DNA of 60,123 bases, filler included, from Sphacelaria rigidula (lineage: Eukaryota), in assembly GCA_964200075.2 (NCBI GenBank). It is 9 parts of 9 records of this genome, joined end to end, with 100 filler letters (N's around TTAATTAATTAA, not from the genome) between each part and the next. Parts side by side here need not be neighbours in the genome. Positions count along the whole stretch, not along the records: positions 33,460 to 40,050 come from CAXNAA020019178.1; positions 40,151 to 46,741 come from CAXNAA020019179.1; positions 46,842 to 53,432 come from CAXNAA020019180.1; 6 more parts are not named here. One strand, written 5' to 3'. Below the pieces are notes generated by a model that saw only the letters and a program-made list of their open reading frames with translations, had not been told where the DNA came from and searched no databases. Within the stretch, counting starts at the first letter, position 1. Each line of letters begins with the position of its first letter. This document shows, one piece after another, positions 37,301-48,731 of this stretch. Made by a program: the position numbers and the translations under genes.

Positions 37301-39582
37301 GAGACCGCAGCAGGCCGTTCGGGCGCTACAACGGTTTCGGATATCATCTGACCTAACAGGATCGCAGCTCAACATGCCAAACCCTCAAAGCACCACGGTA
37401 GCTCATCTGGATCATACAAGCCATCAAATGAAATTGATGGCGATTCAACAGATGATGTCCTACTCTTGCTGTCTCAACGGTTGAGCTGTTTTTATCGCAC
37501 TTTTACGAGTAGGGGACGTCAGCTCGTCTTTGCGGAACGTTCATGCGAAGAGCAGCTATTAGTACAACAGTACAGTGCTGATGGTGTGCAAAACAATACC
37601 CAGAAGGCCGGAAGGGGCACGGCTCACGTGCTCGCCAGTGGCTTACTGGCATGTTTGCATGAATGCATCAACTCTTTTGTGAGAACAACGATTCCGAACC
37701 CCCAAGGGGAGGAATCCGCCTGCAAGCGCTAACAACCGCGCCACCTCTACGGTGGATCATTTGTTCAATCGGCATTATTCTCCCTTGACAATGCTTCTCA
37801 GACCCAGAATCGTCCCCCCCGGCGGTCAAGGAACTCCTGGTTGCCGAGGAGATAATTCTATGACGGGCAGAAATACGCGAGCTATCCAGGAATCCGCACA
37901 CCTTTCACCGGAAAATGACGGCTAAACCAAGATGAACACTGTACTGGTTGATCAGATAAGCCACTTCGCATGTAGGTCAAGGCGTTCGAGGAATATCAAG
38001 AAACAAAGCTCTTGCCCGCCCCAACAGTCAGACCTGCCCGGCAGCTTGCGACGGCCCGTATATTCCGCAGCTTCTGGGCAGTGGTGATGGTCGGGCTTGA
38101 AACGTCGCCGACTTCCCGGATTCATCGCTGGTTTATATAATTTACCTTCTTCAGATGGGGATGATCTAACCGTGGTGAGGACCACTGCAGGCCGGCGTAA
38201 TTTTCTTCGCTGGAAAGCGACTGAAGATGATGCCGATCCACGAATAGATCCTCCGCGCAGACCACGTACTCACTCGTCGTTAACCCTTTGACGACGAGGG
38301 TGGGTCATATGGATCATGGATTCATTCTTCAAGTGAAAATGATGCCGATTCAACAGATGACCTACGGAAAAAGGTTCATTATTTGATCCGGCAGGAAACT
38401 GTACCGGTGGCTGAGTGCCTCAGCTCTCTAGGCTTGCGTCAAGAAAAACCTTGCCCAGAAACTTTCTAGAACAAACAAAAAAGTCGAGGTCGGGGTAGAC
38501 AACCTAATGGTTGGAGCATATATCCGAATCAGCGGACGCTGCGCGCACAGGGAGGGGAGTTGTGCAGTACTTATAGTTTTCAGTCCCCATTATAGAAGAA
38601 ACATGCCTGAGCGTGTGGACGAAAAACAAGTATTTTAGAACCCTTCGACCCCACGGAGATTGGCCTTTTGGATCACCATCATTTTCGCTCAAAACACGAG
38701 TCCAAGACCTGGGAGCCCATCTGCGAGGGCTCGAACCGGTTCGCCGCTAAATTCTGAGACTGTGAGCGTTGCATCTGATCAGATTCACCGGCTGACAGTC
38801 CAAGGACATCCGGAGTTTCCGGGAGGAGGGGCAGATGATGATCCACCCTTAGACCGCGAAATTGATCTTTCTGGATCATACATACTTTTTTTTCACTTGA
38901 AATTGATGCCGATTCAACAGAAGACTAACCTCGCGGTCCAAAGGTTGAGAATGGAAATTGGGGTTCGTTCGCGCAGGAGCCGAATGCCTCGCGAAGTCGA
39001 CCATATATATTCGAAAGTTCCCCACGTGGAATTGAAGCCTGGAACGAGGCCCGAGAGGAGCGCAGCGAAAACTAACTAGTTGGGACTCAAGTATAAATTA
39101 CCTGTAAGATCACACGATCTGGGATTTCTTCTCACATCATGCCCGTCAAAGAAGGGCGTTGTCGTGGGTACACGAAGTTCGACTTCACGGGCGACGAGGG
39201 AAAGGGACCGCTGAACCAATCTCGAAAAGAACGGAAAGCACCGCAGGAGGAACGTGGTGTAGTGGAGCACTACAACAAACAATGGAAAAGAAATCCCGTG
39301 TTGACGTTCCTCCTGTAACGCCGGCTGATGAATCCACAATTTACCGAAAGGTGTAGCCGGCGTTTAGAAAGATGGGATGACAACACAACACACACATCAC
39401 ACACAAGCAGCGGTTGTTCGGACATACCGAACGTAGCGACGTCCGCAGCCAAAGCCACCAAGTCACCACAAAAAACTCGGACCTTCAAAAGTTAGAACGT
39501 GAAAATGCCATGCATTCTCAGAGGGTGGAACGTGTCCTGTTGTGCTGTTCGGACAGCAGCGGAAATTAACCCTTAGGCCGAA

Positions 39583-40050
39583 TGTTATGGCACACAGATT
39601 TTTGGCCCACGGATTGTTCGCTTTTATGGCGATTGAGCCACTTTTTGACCCCCAAACAGGGAAAATCGCCAACACATGTCTTGAGCACTTTGCATCACCT
39701 TACAGAGACGAACCTAGCCCACTTTTCAGATTCCCTTGGCTCCAAGGTTTCGAGAGCGGCCGCTGAACAAAAATTCGTGTGCAACAAAATCTACAGCGAT
39801 CTCCACAGATCATCGGGCAAACTGGCGGGGGTCGGCAAGCACAGATTTTCTCACACGAATTTTCGTTCAGCGGCCGATCTCGAACCCTCGGAGCCAAGCG
39901 AATCTGAGAAGCAGACTAGGCTCCTCTCTCTGGGGCGATGCAAATTGTCCAAGACGTGTGATGGCGATTTTCCCTGGTTGGGGGTCAAAAAGTGGCTCAA
40001 ACCTCCCAAAAGTGAGCAATCCGTGGGCCAAAAATCTGTGTGCCATAACA
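39583..40050. mobile_element. Complete 468-bp foldback MITE with ~200-bp imperfect TIRs and TGT...ACA termini (Ginger-like)
   Basis: tgttatggcacacagatttttggcccacggattg ... caatccgtgggccaaaaatctgtgtgccataaca. Confidence 0.88.
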
Positions 40051-40232
40051 NNNNNNNNNNNNNNNNNNNNNNNNNNNNNNNNNNNNNNNNNNNNTTAATT
40101 AATTAANNNNNNNNNNNNNNNNNNNNNNNNNNNNNNNNNNNNNNNNNNNNGTACGATTTGAATCAATTATACTAAAACCAAGTAATTTCCAGACGAATCA
40201 TTATTTGTCCGACCCTTGCAACTTTCACACGT

Positions 40233-40484
40233 TCAAGGCCGGTTTATCTCATATCCGTCAGATACCTCTGATGTAACACGTGCTATTGCTGCTGCTCCCC
40301 CGTTTTCCTCGTCCGCTGCTGCTGCGGCCTCCAACACCTTCCTCCCGCTCGTGTTGCCTTTCCGCAGCATATCCCTTGCCTCATCTCTGGCCTTTTGAGT
40401 GGGCACCATGTACCCCCGACTACTCACACCAGTTATTTCTTGCACCGCGTGCCGAATCCTTGCCTCCTCTAGCACCTGCTTCTC
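40233..40484 (-). CDS. Possible terminal exon of an unknown host gene
   Basis: Open, coding-like frame (EKQVLEEARIRHAVQEIT...YEINRP*). The acceptor is ambiguous and no family was recognised. Confidence 0.3.
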   Translation of the reverse strand, partial: EKQVLEEARIRHAVQEITGVSSRGYMVPTQKARDEARDMLRKGNTSGRKVLEAAAAADEENGGAAAIARVTSEVSDGYEINRP

Positions 40485-41541
40485 CTTGTGGTGCAGATAC
40501 GCCCACAGCAGCAGGCCGGGTGTGCATGCTATCGCCAGGTTCCAAGCATGCCAGTCCCACGTGAACGTGACTTTCTCCCTGTACTACAAGTATTTTGGTG
40601 TATGATGGTGACAACGTACAGAAAGCGTCAGTGCGCAACGACGAAATAGCGACGGTCACGCAGCGCACGTGACCAGCAGATGCCCGTCGCGCAGGAGCGG
40701 TCATATTTAGCGCCATATGAATTTAGTAGCAGTCATATCTTGTGCGCCCCGTGTGTGTGACGGAGACACGGGTTGGGCTATGATATATTCCGCTTCAATT
40801 CCTTACCCTCCTACTTTCTCCGCACACAAAAGCATTTACGCGGTCGGCAGTCGCCAGGTAGATGATCCCGCAGGCGTTATTGCAGAAGCATTGTCCATGG
40901 ATAGAATTGGATTTTATGGTGATCTCGACGCCGATGAGTCGGAACGGCACTTCGGTTTGAGATCACGACACCTGCACAAGACTAGTACAACCGAGTTATA
41001 TTTTGTTTTCTTAACGTGTGTTTTTGAGGTTTTGCGGTTATGATCACTTTTCACGATAAAACGTTATTCCAAACATTGGGGATCAGGAGGTGCTGATACC
41101 CGCCACAAATTCCGAAAGAAAAGTCGTTGTCACGACTTTCGCTCTGACCGGCCATCAAGAGGCCTAGGACTACACAGCCCCAGGTTTTGACTCTTTGATA
41201 CTTTCTCTCAATCACGCCAATCCCGATCGTTCTGGTGAACAATCGCATTGGATTTTGTTATTTTCATTCTTCTAGCTGTTCATTGCACAATTGCCGAAAA
41301 ACCATGCTGTTGGACCAAAATCGATTAATAACACCCCCTGGTGAACGAGGTTTTTTCTCTGTATTATGTTCACCACAGAAAATGGAGCTCTGTGCACTGA
41401 GCACGACCTGCTCCTCCTACCTATCATACCCATATCGACTCCAGCACTTCCGAGCGGCTTATAAATTGTGAACTGCCAGTGATATGCTAAGTCAAATGCA
41501 CTTTACTGGTTGTACTGTATCACGAACGTTGTACAAGAATG

Positions 41542-41746
41542 CAAGGGTAGGTCGAGTAGAGTATACGCAATTGCGGGGTATTTTGAAAGTCGTACTTAAA
41601 GTACACAACTTGGTGGCAGGGTCTCGGGAATCGCTTCCCATCTATTTTTTGGGTACGACTCCCAACACTCTACCCTAACTTGAGTACCCCAAGTACGTCT
41701 TTCAAAATACCCCGCATTTGAGTATACTCTACTCGACCTGCCCTTG
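41542..41746. mobile_element. 205-bp MITE with 8-bp TSD (hAT or P superfamily), same TIR as 22593-23757
   Basis: TSD caagaatg at 41534-41541 and 41747-41754. TIR caagggtaggtcgagtagagtatac ... gtatactctactcgacctgcccttg. Confidence 0.92.
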
Positions 41747-44700
41747 CAAGAATGCGATGTGTCTCATTGAAGAAGGACAGGTAAGCAGGGGGTGGTATCT
41801 CGAGTTGCAACTGCATGTGATACTGTGCAGACATGTCAGCCATGATGAAAACTGCTACAGAAGGTTCTCGGGCAGCAGTTCAGTACCTATAATGAGTCAT
41901 GCCGCAGCATCAGAGGCATACAAATGCACCGTGCCTGTGGAAAAGACACGCACAGCTACGAGAACAAGTTGCCGTTGTACATCCACCTAGAAGCTGTTGA
42001 TAGTTGACGGTTGGTCGCGACGACGCAGCTCAACTTGAACCGTGTGTCGATTGAACTTCATTCTTACCGTGTGAATCTCTTGTTCGCAAGGAATTTCTGC
42101 GCACTCGCATCTACCGACGTTGTCAGCTTCTTCCAGGCAGACATGGCTTCGCCGGTTGCACCTGGACCGTCGCTTGTGCAGGGAAAAGTCTTGCGCCACA
42201 TCTGCCTGTTCATACCTGCGGTTATGAATGATCAAACAAACCGTATTAGACATAGATAAAAGGCGAGAGGTACGTTACTCTTTTTTCATACTGTGGGCAA
42301 TGGTATAATTATTTTAACCATGAACAACGACTTTTGTTTTGCTTCCAAAACCAAGTTAGGTTATAATTGTCATCCGAAATCCTTATTATATGTGGTGCAT
42401 GTTCAAAATGGAAAATGACACTCGTACGCAGTCTGCTCTGATCTTTCGTAGTAGCAAATTGTTGTATCTCGCGAAAAGCGCCATCAAACCCTCCCAAACT
42501 TGGACGAGAGTATATCCTAGAGCCTCGGTATTCTGTGTTTGCAACCTGCGGAGTACGTGCTGATCGAGTATATGAAAGGAAGCCTCCTCACGGCCAACCA
42601 AAACCCACTGCCGCCGTTAGTTGCTCGAACTTCCGGTACGTTCGGTGCCGCAAACATCTCCGAGACTAGGTTGAACAGGGGTCGGTGGTTTACGGTGTGT
42701 GAAAGGGTATAGTCGAAAGGAGAGTCGTGCAGTCTGGAAACGGGCGGAAGCATGGACGGCGAGACGATGCAGAAGAACCTGGATGAAATCCTCAACGGGA
42801 GCCCAGTCACGAGCGTAGAGGGACGCAATAACGACTTCGAGATCACCAAAGATGTGAGGGATACATGCAGTACAGCAACAGTCCGTAGAGAGTATAACAC
42901 TCGAGCCAAAAGTGTGCTAAAGTGTACAGGAATAGCCGGGTACTGCTACACCGACTATACAGGCAAAGCACCCCACTACCGGGATCCCTTTTGGTGGGAG
43001 GCAACGCACGAATGCCCGAGTATTATCATGTTTATGAGTATGTGTATCTCTGTCTCCTTATGGCATTCACCCTTTGTGTGCGGATGCCACAACAGTCAAA
43101 GCAGCAGCGTGAATTGTAGTTGTCATGAGGCGCAGTGGTCTCCCGAAACCTGTCATATCAATCGGCCTGGCAGCAGCGGCGGCGTCGGCCTCTGAACCCC
43201 TGCGCGGCCGTCTCTACCAGTACGCGATACGACTGCAGTGGCGCGGGCAAATGCATGTTCTGCTGTACTGATCATGAGACAGAACCCCAACTTTCAGTGG
43301 TAAAAGTTCGCGCCGCACGAATCCCCTGGTGCTATAGCGTTGGGATTTCTGCCAGCAAATCGGGTCAAGCTCTGCAGTGCACGTATTCTATCTACCGAAG
43401 TACAGGGACCATATTTCCCGGGGCGTGCAGTAGGTGCGGCCCTGTGGCAGTTCGGCGAACCTACAATATTTTGTCGATCTGCGGCTCGCCGTCGAACTCA
43501 GTTCAAGTCGGCGTCGGATGTTTTAAGACTTGAGGCTGCTGATTCGGCGCAGTTTCCGGGCTGACTGCCGCCGTTGAGGAATGATATCAACAAATCAAAT
43601 CATCTCACAGCGAGTCTGACCGTGAAAAGATATTCAAATATCAACAAATGGAAGCACACGGCATACATGCTCCCTGTTTTTCCGGCTGCAAGTCATTTCC
43701 TCGCCGCGTAGCCATGGGGTAGCCTGTGCATTCTTGTGCGCGGCGTGATTCAAGTATGGGGGCCTTATTTTTTCGCTGGTATCATGGCCTGCATGACGCT
43801 TTGCAATCGAACAGTCTCTGAAGTGCATCAGTGTACACGGCCAATCTGAATGCGCAGACGAGGAGAGTATGGCTCGAACGTGCCGCGGCGCAGTTGAATT
43901 GACGGCGCAGGCGCGTGAATCGCACGATGGTTGGATAGCGATTTTGTTATCTGTTCGGAGAAATGCATCACTAGCGAAGCCACTGCAATCAACATATCAG
44001 GACCGCGCTGAACAATGGAGTGTGCTACTGTGTTCACAACCCCCGATTGCCCTTCGTACAGTTTAAACCTGGGTGATATTCCGAACGCAACGCCGCATTC
44101 CGTGCAGGTACAACAGAGTCAGCATCGTGAAGCAGCTGTTATATTTGCTGGTGGCAACAAACTCGTGTGGTTGTGACCAAGAATATACATTGCAATGAAA
44201 GCACCCGTCAAATAGGCCCCCCATCTCTCACCTGCTTGATCATTCAAACTGTTGTATATTTATTTGTATGCTGATGCTGCATTCCGGGAGAAAGCGGGTG
44301 TTTTCAGCCAAGTGACCTCGGGTGATCATCGCTGTTGGTTAAACAAACGTTATTGCTGATGATGGTGGTGATTTCGAAAGTGCAGTGCTCCCTCTGTGCC
44401 ATAGGTGAAATATTTTGCGGAGTGCACCGTATCTCCCCAGAGAAGGTGCTCACGATGCTAGAGTTGGCTTTGTTGAAAGGATAATATCATGGAGATACCG
44501 CTTCAGTAAAAAAAAGTGAAACGGGTCATACTTTCTGAGAAAGATTCGGTCGAGATTTGGGGGATTCCCGGGAATCAGCGTGGAGCATCCCGGGGTATCG
44601 GTGCGGCAGAGAGCAGGAACGTTGGAAAGGGTCAGTAAACTACGATGAGGAGGCCGTCACTAAGGCCCGGAACTATCTTGCATCAAGTGCCAGTGAAGGC

Positions 44701-44879
44701 GAGGACTTGCTTTTTTTCAACGTTTTTTCCCCCGGAAGTAGGGGTAAAATGCCGTCATTCTCCAACGGACTGATCTTTTTGGGCTATTGGCCCATGCAGG
44801 GTGATGTGCGAACAGATTTGAAGGAAGAAAGCGTTTCAATTGAAACACCGCGCAAGATTTGAAGCATTTCCAGGGCTGG

Positions 44880-46170
44880 CCGATGCGGCGATTGTCCTCA
44901 GGGGTGGCGTCGCTGATGATGTTGATGTGCCGCCGGGATGGAAGACTCAATTTGCATGTGTCTTTGTCCTACCGCCATCACCTCACCCACATCCGCCCTC
45001 GCGCTTGGAGAGCACATGGGCATAATTACCGTCTTCTTTTCCGCCACAACTAGACCGGACGCCGCACAGACTTCGACGTTAGCCGTAGTCATCTTTTTGT
45101 CAGGCTTAGTTGAGACCGCGACGCGATGCCAGCGTCGTTGGCGTACAGCATGGCCCAAAGCACCTCGCTAGGCTAGTCCCTGACCTTCCCGCCCTTGGCA
45201 GCGACGTGAATAAAGTTATCCACAACCGATTTATGGATCGAAAAGCGGTCGAACGTCATCGTCAGCATCGCCGCAAAGATGCTGAACGAACCAGGGGAAA
45301 GCACACAGCCTTGAACGAGGCCCTGGTTGACGCCAAACAATTCCTCAATTTCGACGCTGTCAAGGCGCGCACACGCCCGCATGCCGTCGTGGAACTGGAG
45401 AGTGATGGAAATCATCTTGGCGTGAACGCCGTATCGTGCCAGCACCTTTTAGAGAAGAGAGTGGTCAACTGAGTCGTACGCTTTCTGGAGGTCGGTGAAG
45501 CACACTTCCAGTAGAAGATTCTTCTCTCTGGCCAGTTCTTGGAGTCTTTGCTTAACGTACACCATGTCGAGTGTCGACCGACCGAGTGGGAAACCGCACT
45601 GAGCTTCTCGTAGGATTCCCTTCCTCCCGCAGTATGCGTTGAGGCGAATCGTAGCTATTTTGAGAACCACCTTGCCCGCGTGGAACCCTAGCGAGATGCC
45701 GCGGTAGTTACCACGTTCGTGCGAGCCCTTTTTCTTGGACAGCACCCTAATGACAGCGTATTTTCATTACTGTGGTACTACTTGCTGACGCTGCACTGTG
45801 AGCATGATGTTGTGAAAGCACTGCAGGATGGCAGAATCCTCGGTGAGGCCGAGCTCCAATAGTCAGCCACACAGGTTGCCAGTCCCAACGGTCTTGCCGT
45901 TCACCAGCTTTCCCACTGCTGCTTCCACTTCTTGCATCGAGGGCTCGGCCGCGAGTGGTGCGTGCTCCGGCATCTGCTCCATGAGATCGATGACAGAGGT
46001 GTCGAGCGTAGACGAGAAATGCGTTTAAAAGCGTCTCCAACTACTCTTCTCACCGCTACGGGATACCTTGCTTGTCCCGCAACAGCTCGCCAGACGCGCT
46101 TCTGATGTAGGTCGAGCCATACCCCTGCTTCCCTTCCATTTCTGAGCATTTCATGTGTTTGTACAGCATC
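44880..46170 (-). mobile_element. Decayed RTE-clade LINE reverse transcriptase
   Basis: NYRGISL, QCGF...RSTLDM, FTDLQKAYDSVDH, FHDGM, GLVQGCVLSP, MLYAND, GLVV..KKT; stops and frameshifts. Confidence 0.9.
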
Positions 46171-46550
46171 GCCTGGTCCTTCTTGCGGGTTCCGCTGTTC
46201 TGGCGTGGAGCTCAAAGTATATTCGACCTGGGCCGGCTGTTGGGGATTCTTGTCGGTAATCGGGTGAGGCAGTGCTTAATTTGAGGAAGCAGGCGCTAAA
46301 ATTTTGACACGGCATTTTTATCATAAACACGCGCAACACCTCTTGGGATGCCAAGAAAAAAACAGCATAATGTTGAAACGATTTGAAAAATCAGCGAAAA
46401 CTGGAAAAACATCATAACTCCGTGAAAAAAACGAAAAACGGCGGCATCCCCATAAATGTTGTACTTGCTTGCACGCAGGAGATCCTGGCAAAAATTCGGC
46501 TGGAAACTCCGAAAATTGGGCCCAGCCTGGCACTTTTGTGTGAGACCGCT

Positions 46551-46697
46551 GCACCCCAGTGGTCCGACTGATACACGAGCCTCTAATTACAATGGTCACG
46601 AGTTCGAATCCCCACACGACCATTCCCTCCCTGCTCCGTCTCGAAAGGGATGCGTGGTCAATGGTCAAACGACTAAGGCAAGCAACAAATGAGTACG
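46551..46697 (+). mobile_element. Short tRNA-headed SINE with LINE-derived 3' tail
   Basis: A-box-like agtggtccgactg and B-box gagttcgaatcc (46600-46611), then gctccgtctcgaaagggatgcgtggtcaatggtcaaacgactaaggcaagcaacaaatgagtacgc. Confidence 0.7.
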
Positions 46698-47534
46698 CAC
46701 TCGACTTCGAGACTCCCGTTCTTCATCAGTGTTTCATCTTGNNNNNNNNNNNNNNNNNNNNNNNNNNNNNNNNNNNNNNNNNNNNTTAATTAATTAANNN
46801 NNNNNNNNNNNNNNNNNNNNNNNNNNNNNNNNNNNNNNNNNATAGCAAAGTGAATGGAAAAAAGGTTCCTTCCTGTCTTCTGGGGACAAAAAAAAAAAAA
46901 AACTCGGACACGGCCGCCAACTCAGCTAGAAGAGCATCGAATAATTTACCGGCTACTGGACTGCCGCCACCACCACCACGAATAGCAACAAGCGAGATGC
47001 GTTACAGCTTACTCACCTCGCTGCCCTAAATGTCTTCCTGCCCTGCTGCTCTGCTGTGCTTCCTACGCTGGGAGGCGAAAAAAAGGTCGCTCCGCAGACT
47101 GTACTCTAGAGCCCACCCGACGAATGTGTAATTCCTCCGCACATCCGCATCTAAAGCTCACCCAGGTGCACTTGCTGCTCAGGATCGGTGGAGCATTCGC
47201 ACGGGTAGGGACAGGGGAAAGGATTCTAGACAGCTACGCCAATGGACTGTCGGAGATAGCGAGTGTACACGCCTTCCCGCCGAAATGGTCGAGGTAAGGG
47301 TTCCCGGTTTCCCCTGTCGGGTTGCTCTTTGCCGTGGCTCCCTCGCTGGACCCTACCTAGACCATGACCCTAGGACCAAGCCAATGCGAGGTATCACGAC
47401 TCTTGTATACATGATTTGCGCCTACCGCCTGGGTTTTGTGTCCCGTAGTTTCGTATTGTTGCCAAACTCGTACAGTGGTGGGGTCATGGACGAGGATGCC
47501 CGTAACTGGTGCTTCACGGTGTGAACGCCCAGCA

Positions 47535-48252
47535 CACCGGTGGCCACTCTGCTACCCCCTGTGGGCACCCTGTGGAACGTGACACCCTGTGCATACCCTG
47601 TAGACACCCTGTGGACACGTTGAGTTTCGCAGAGAGCCATTTTACGAAACCCCCACAGGATAAATAGATCCACAGGGTTTCGATCGAAACCCTGTGGATC
47701 TCGCAACTTTCACAGGGTAGTATGAAAGACACTGGCAGGTTACTGACTGTCACAGGGTTCATCAGACTCGAAACCCTGTGGATCTCGCAACTTTCACAGG
47801 GTCGTATGAAAGACTCTGGCAGGTTACTTACTGTCACAGGGTTCAGTAAGACATCACCCTGTACAATACACTACTTCCACAGGGTGGCTTGCATCATCCT
47901 TGCGGGCTATTGGGTATCACAGGGTCGAGAAGGGGTATAATCCTGTACATGTCCATACCATCACAGGGTTGCCTGTCTCACCCTTGCAGGCATCTGAACA
48001 CTGCGGGGTCCAGCCATATATCACCCTGTACATCACGCCACCTTCACAGGGTTTCTAGCATCACTCTGACAGTTTTAGGGAATCGCAGGGTCTGTTAGGA
48101 TATCACCCTGTGGAGGAAGCCACCTACACAGTGTAGGTTGCCTCTTCCCTGCAGGCTCCGGGCTATCGCAGGGTCCAATAATATATAACCCTGCACGAGA
48201 TTCTACCTTCACAGGGTTGTCTGCCTCCCCCTGGCAGGCTTCAAACGAAGGC
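47535..48252. mobile_element. Non-autonomous element packed with ACCCTGTG/CACAGGGT motifs; second partial copy at 48465-48950
   Basis: Both copies start caccggtggccactctgctaccccctgtgggcaccctgt. Internal ~77-bp duplication; weak inverted end gcccactggttg. Confidence 0.7.
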
Positions 48253-48525
48253 CCACTGGTTGCATCAAGTACTCCTATAAAGAAAACACCATGTAGAAGT
48301 ATATATACGTATGCATACAAAGCGTATTTTACGAGGGACGGAGATAGATTCCATGCATCTGTTGGTCCTTCTTGAAGCGACTACACGCAGTGCGTCAATC
48401 AAACGAAAGAGTCCCTGAACAGGGAATGATGATGTTCGTTTTACAGGTACTTGTCTTCCCCCAACACCGGTGGCCACTCTGCTACCCCCTGTGGGCACCC
48501 TGTATAACGTGACACCCTGTGCATA

Positions 48526-48731
48526 CAGTGCCGGCCCGCTCGTAAGAAATATCTTCATAAGAAACCGAGGCTCAGATTTTTAGCTCACGTAAGAAATATG
48601 CCGTACGAACTTGCGCTTATTGGCCGGCGGTACACTAAACCCCACATAAAAGCCCGTGTTCAGTGGTGGGGGACATGATAAGAAATGAGCCTCGGTCGAA
48701 ATAGGTGTTTCTTACGAGCGGGCCGGCACTG
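48526..48731. mobile_element. 206-bp Tc1/mariner-type MITE with TA TSD, nested in the ACCCTGTG element
   Basis: Perfect 24-bp TIR cagtgccggcccgctcgtaagaaa, TA on both sides. The empty site gtgcaTAccctgtag is present in the paralogous copy near 47590. Confidence 0.95.

Noticed and set aside
42575..42965. Coding-like ORF (DEILNGSPVTSVEGRNNDFEITKD)
   Set aside because: Upstream in-frame stop, no clear splice sites, and no recognisable family.
46551..46620. tRNA gene
   Set aside because: Only box-like motifs, no convincing cloverleaf, and it is fused to a LINE tail; treated as a SINE head. The B-box at ~24305-24318 likewise lacks a cloverleaf.
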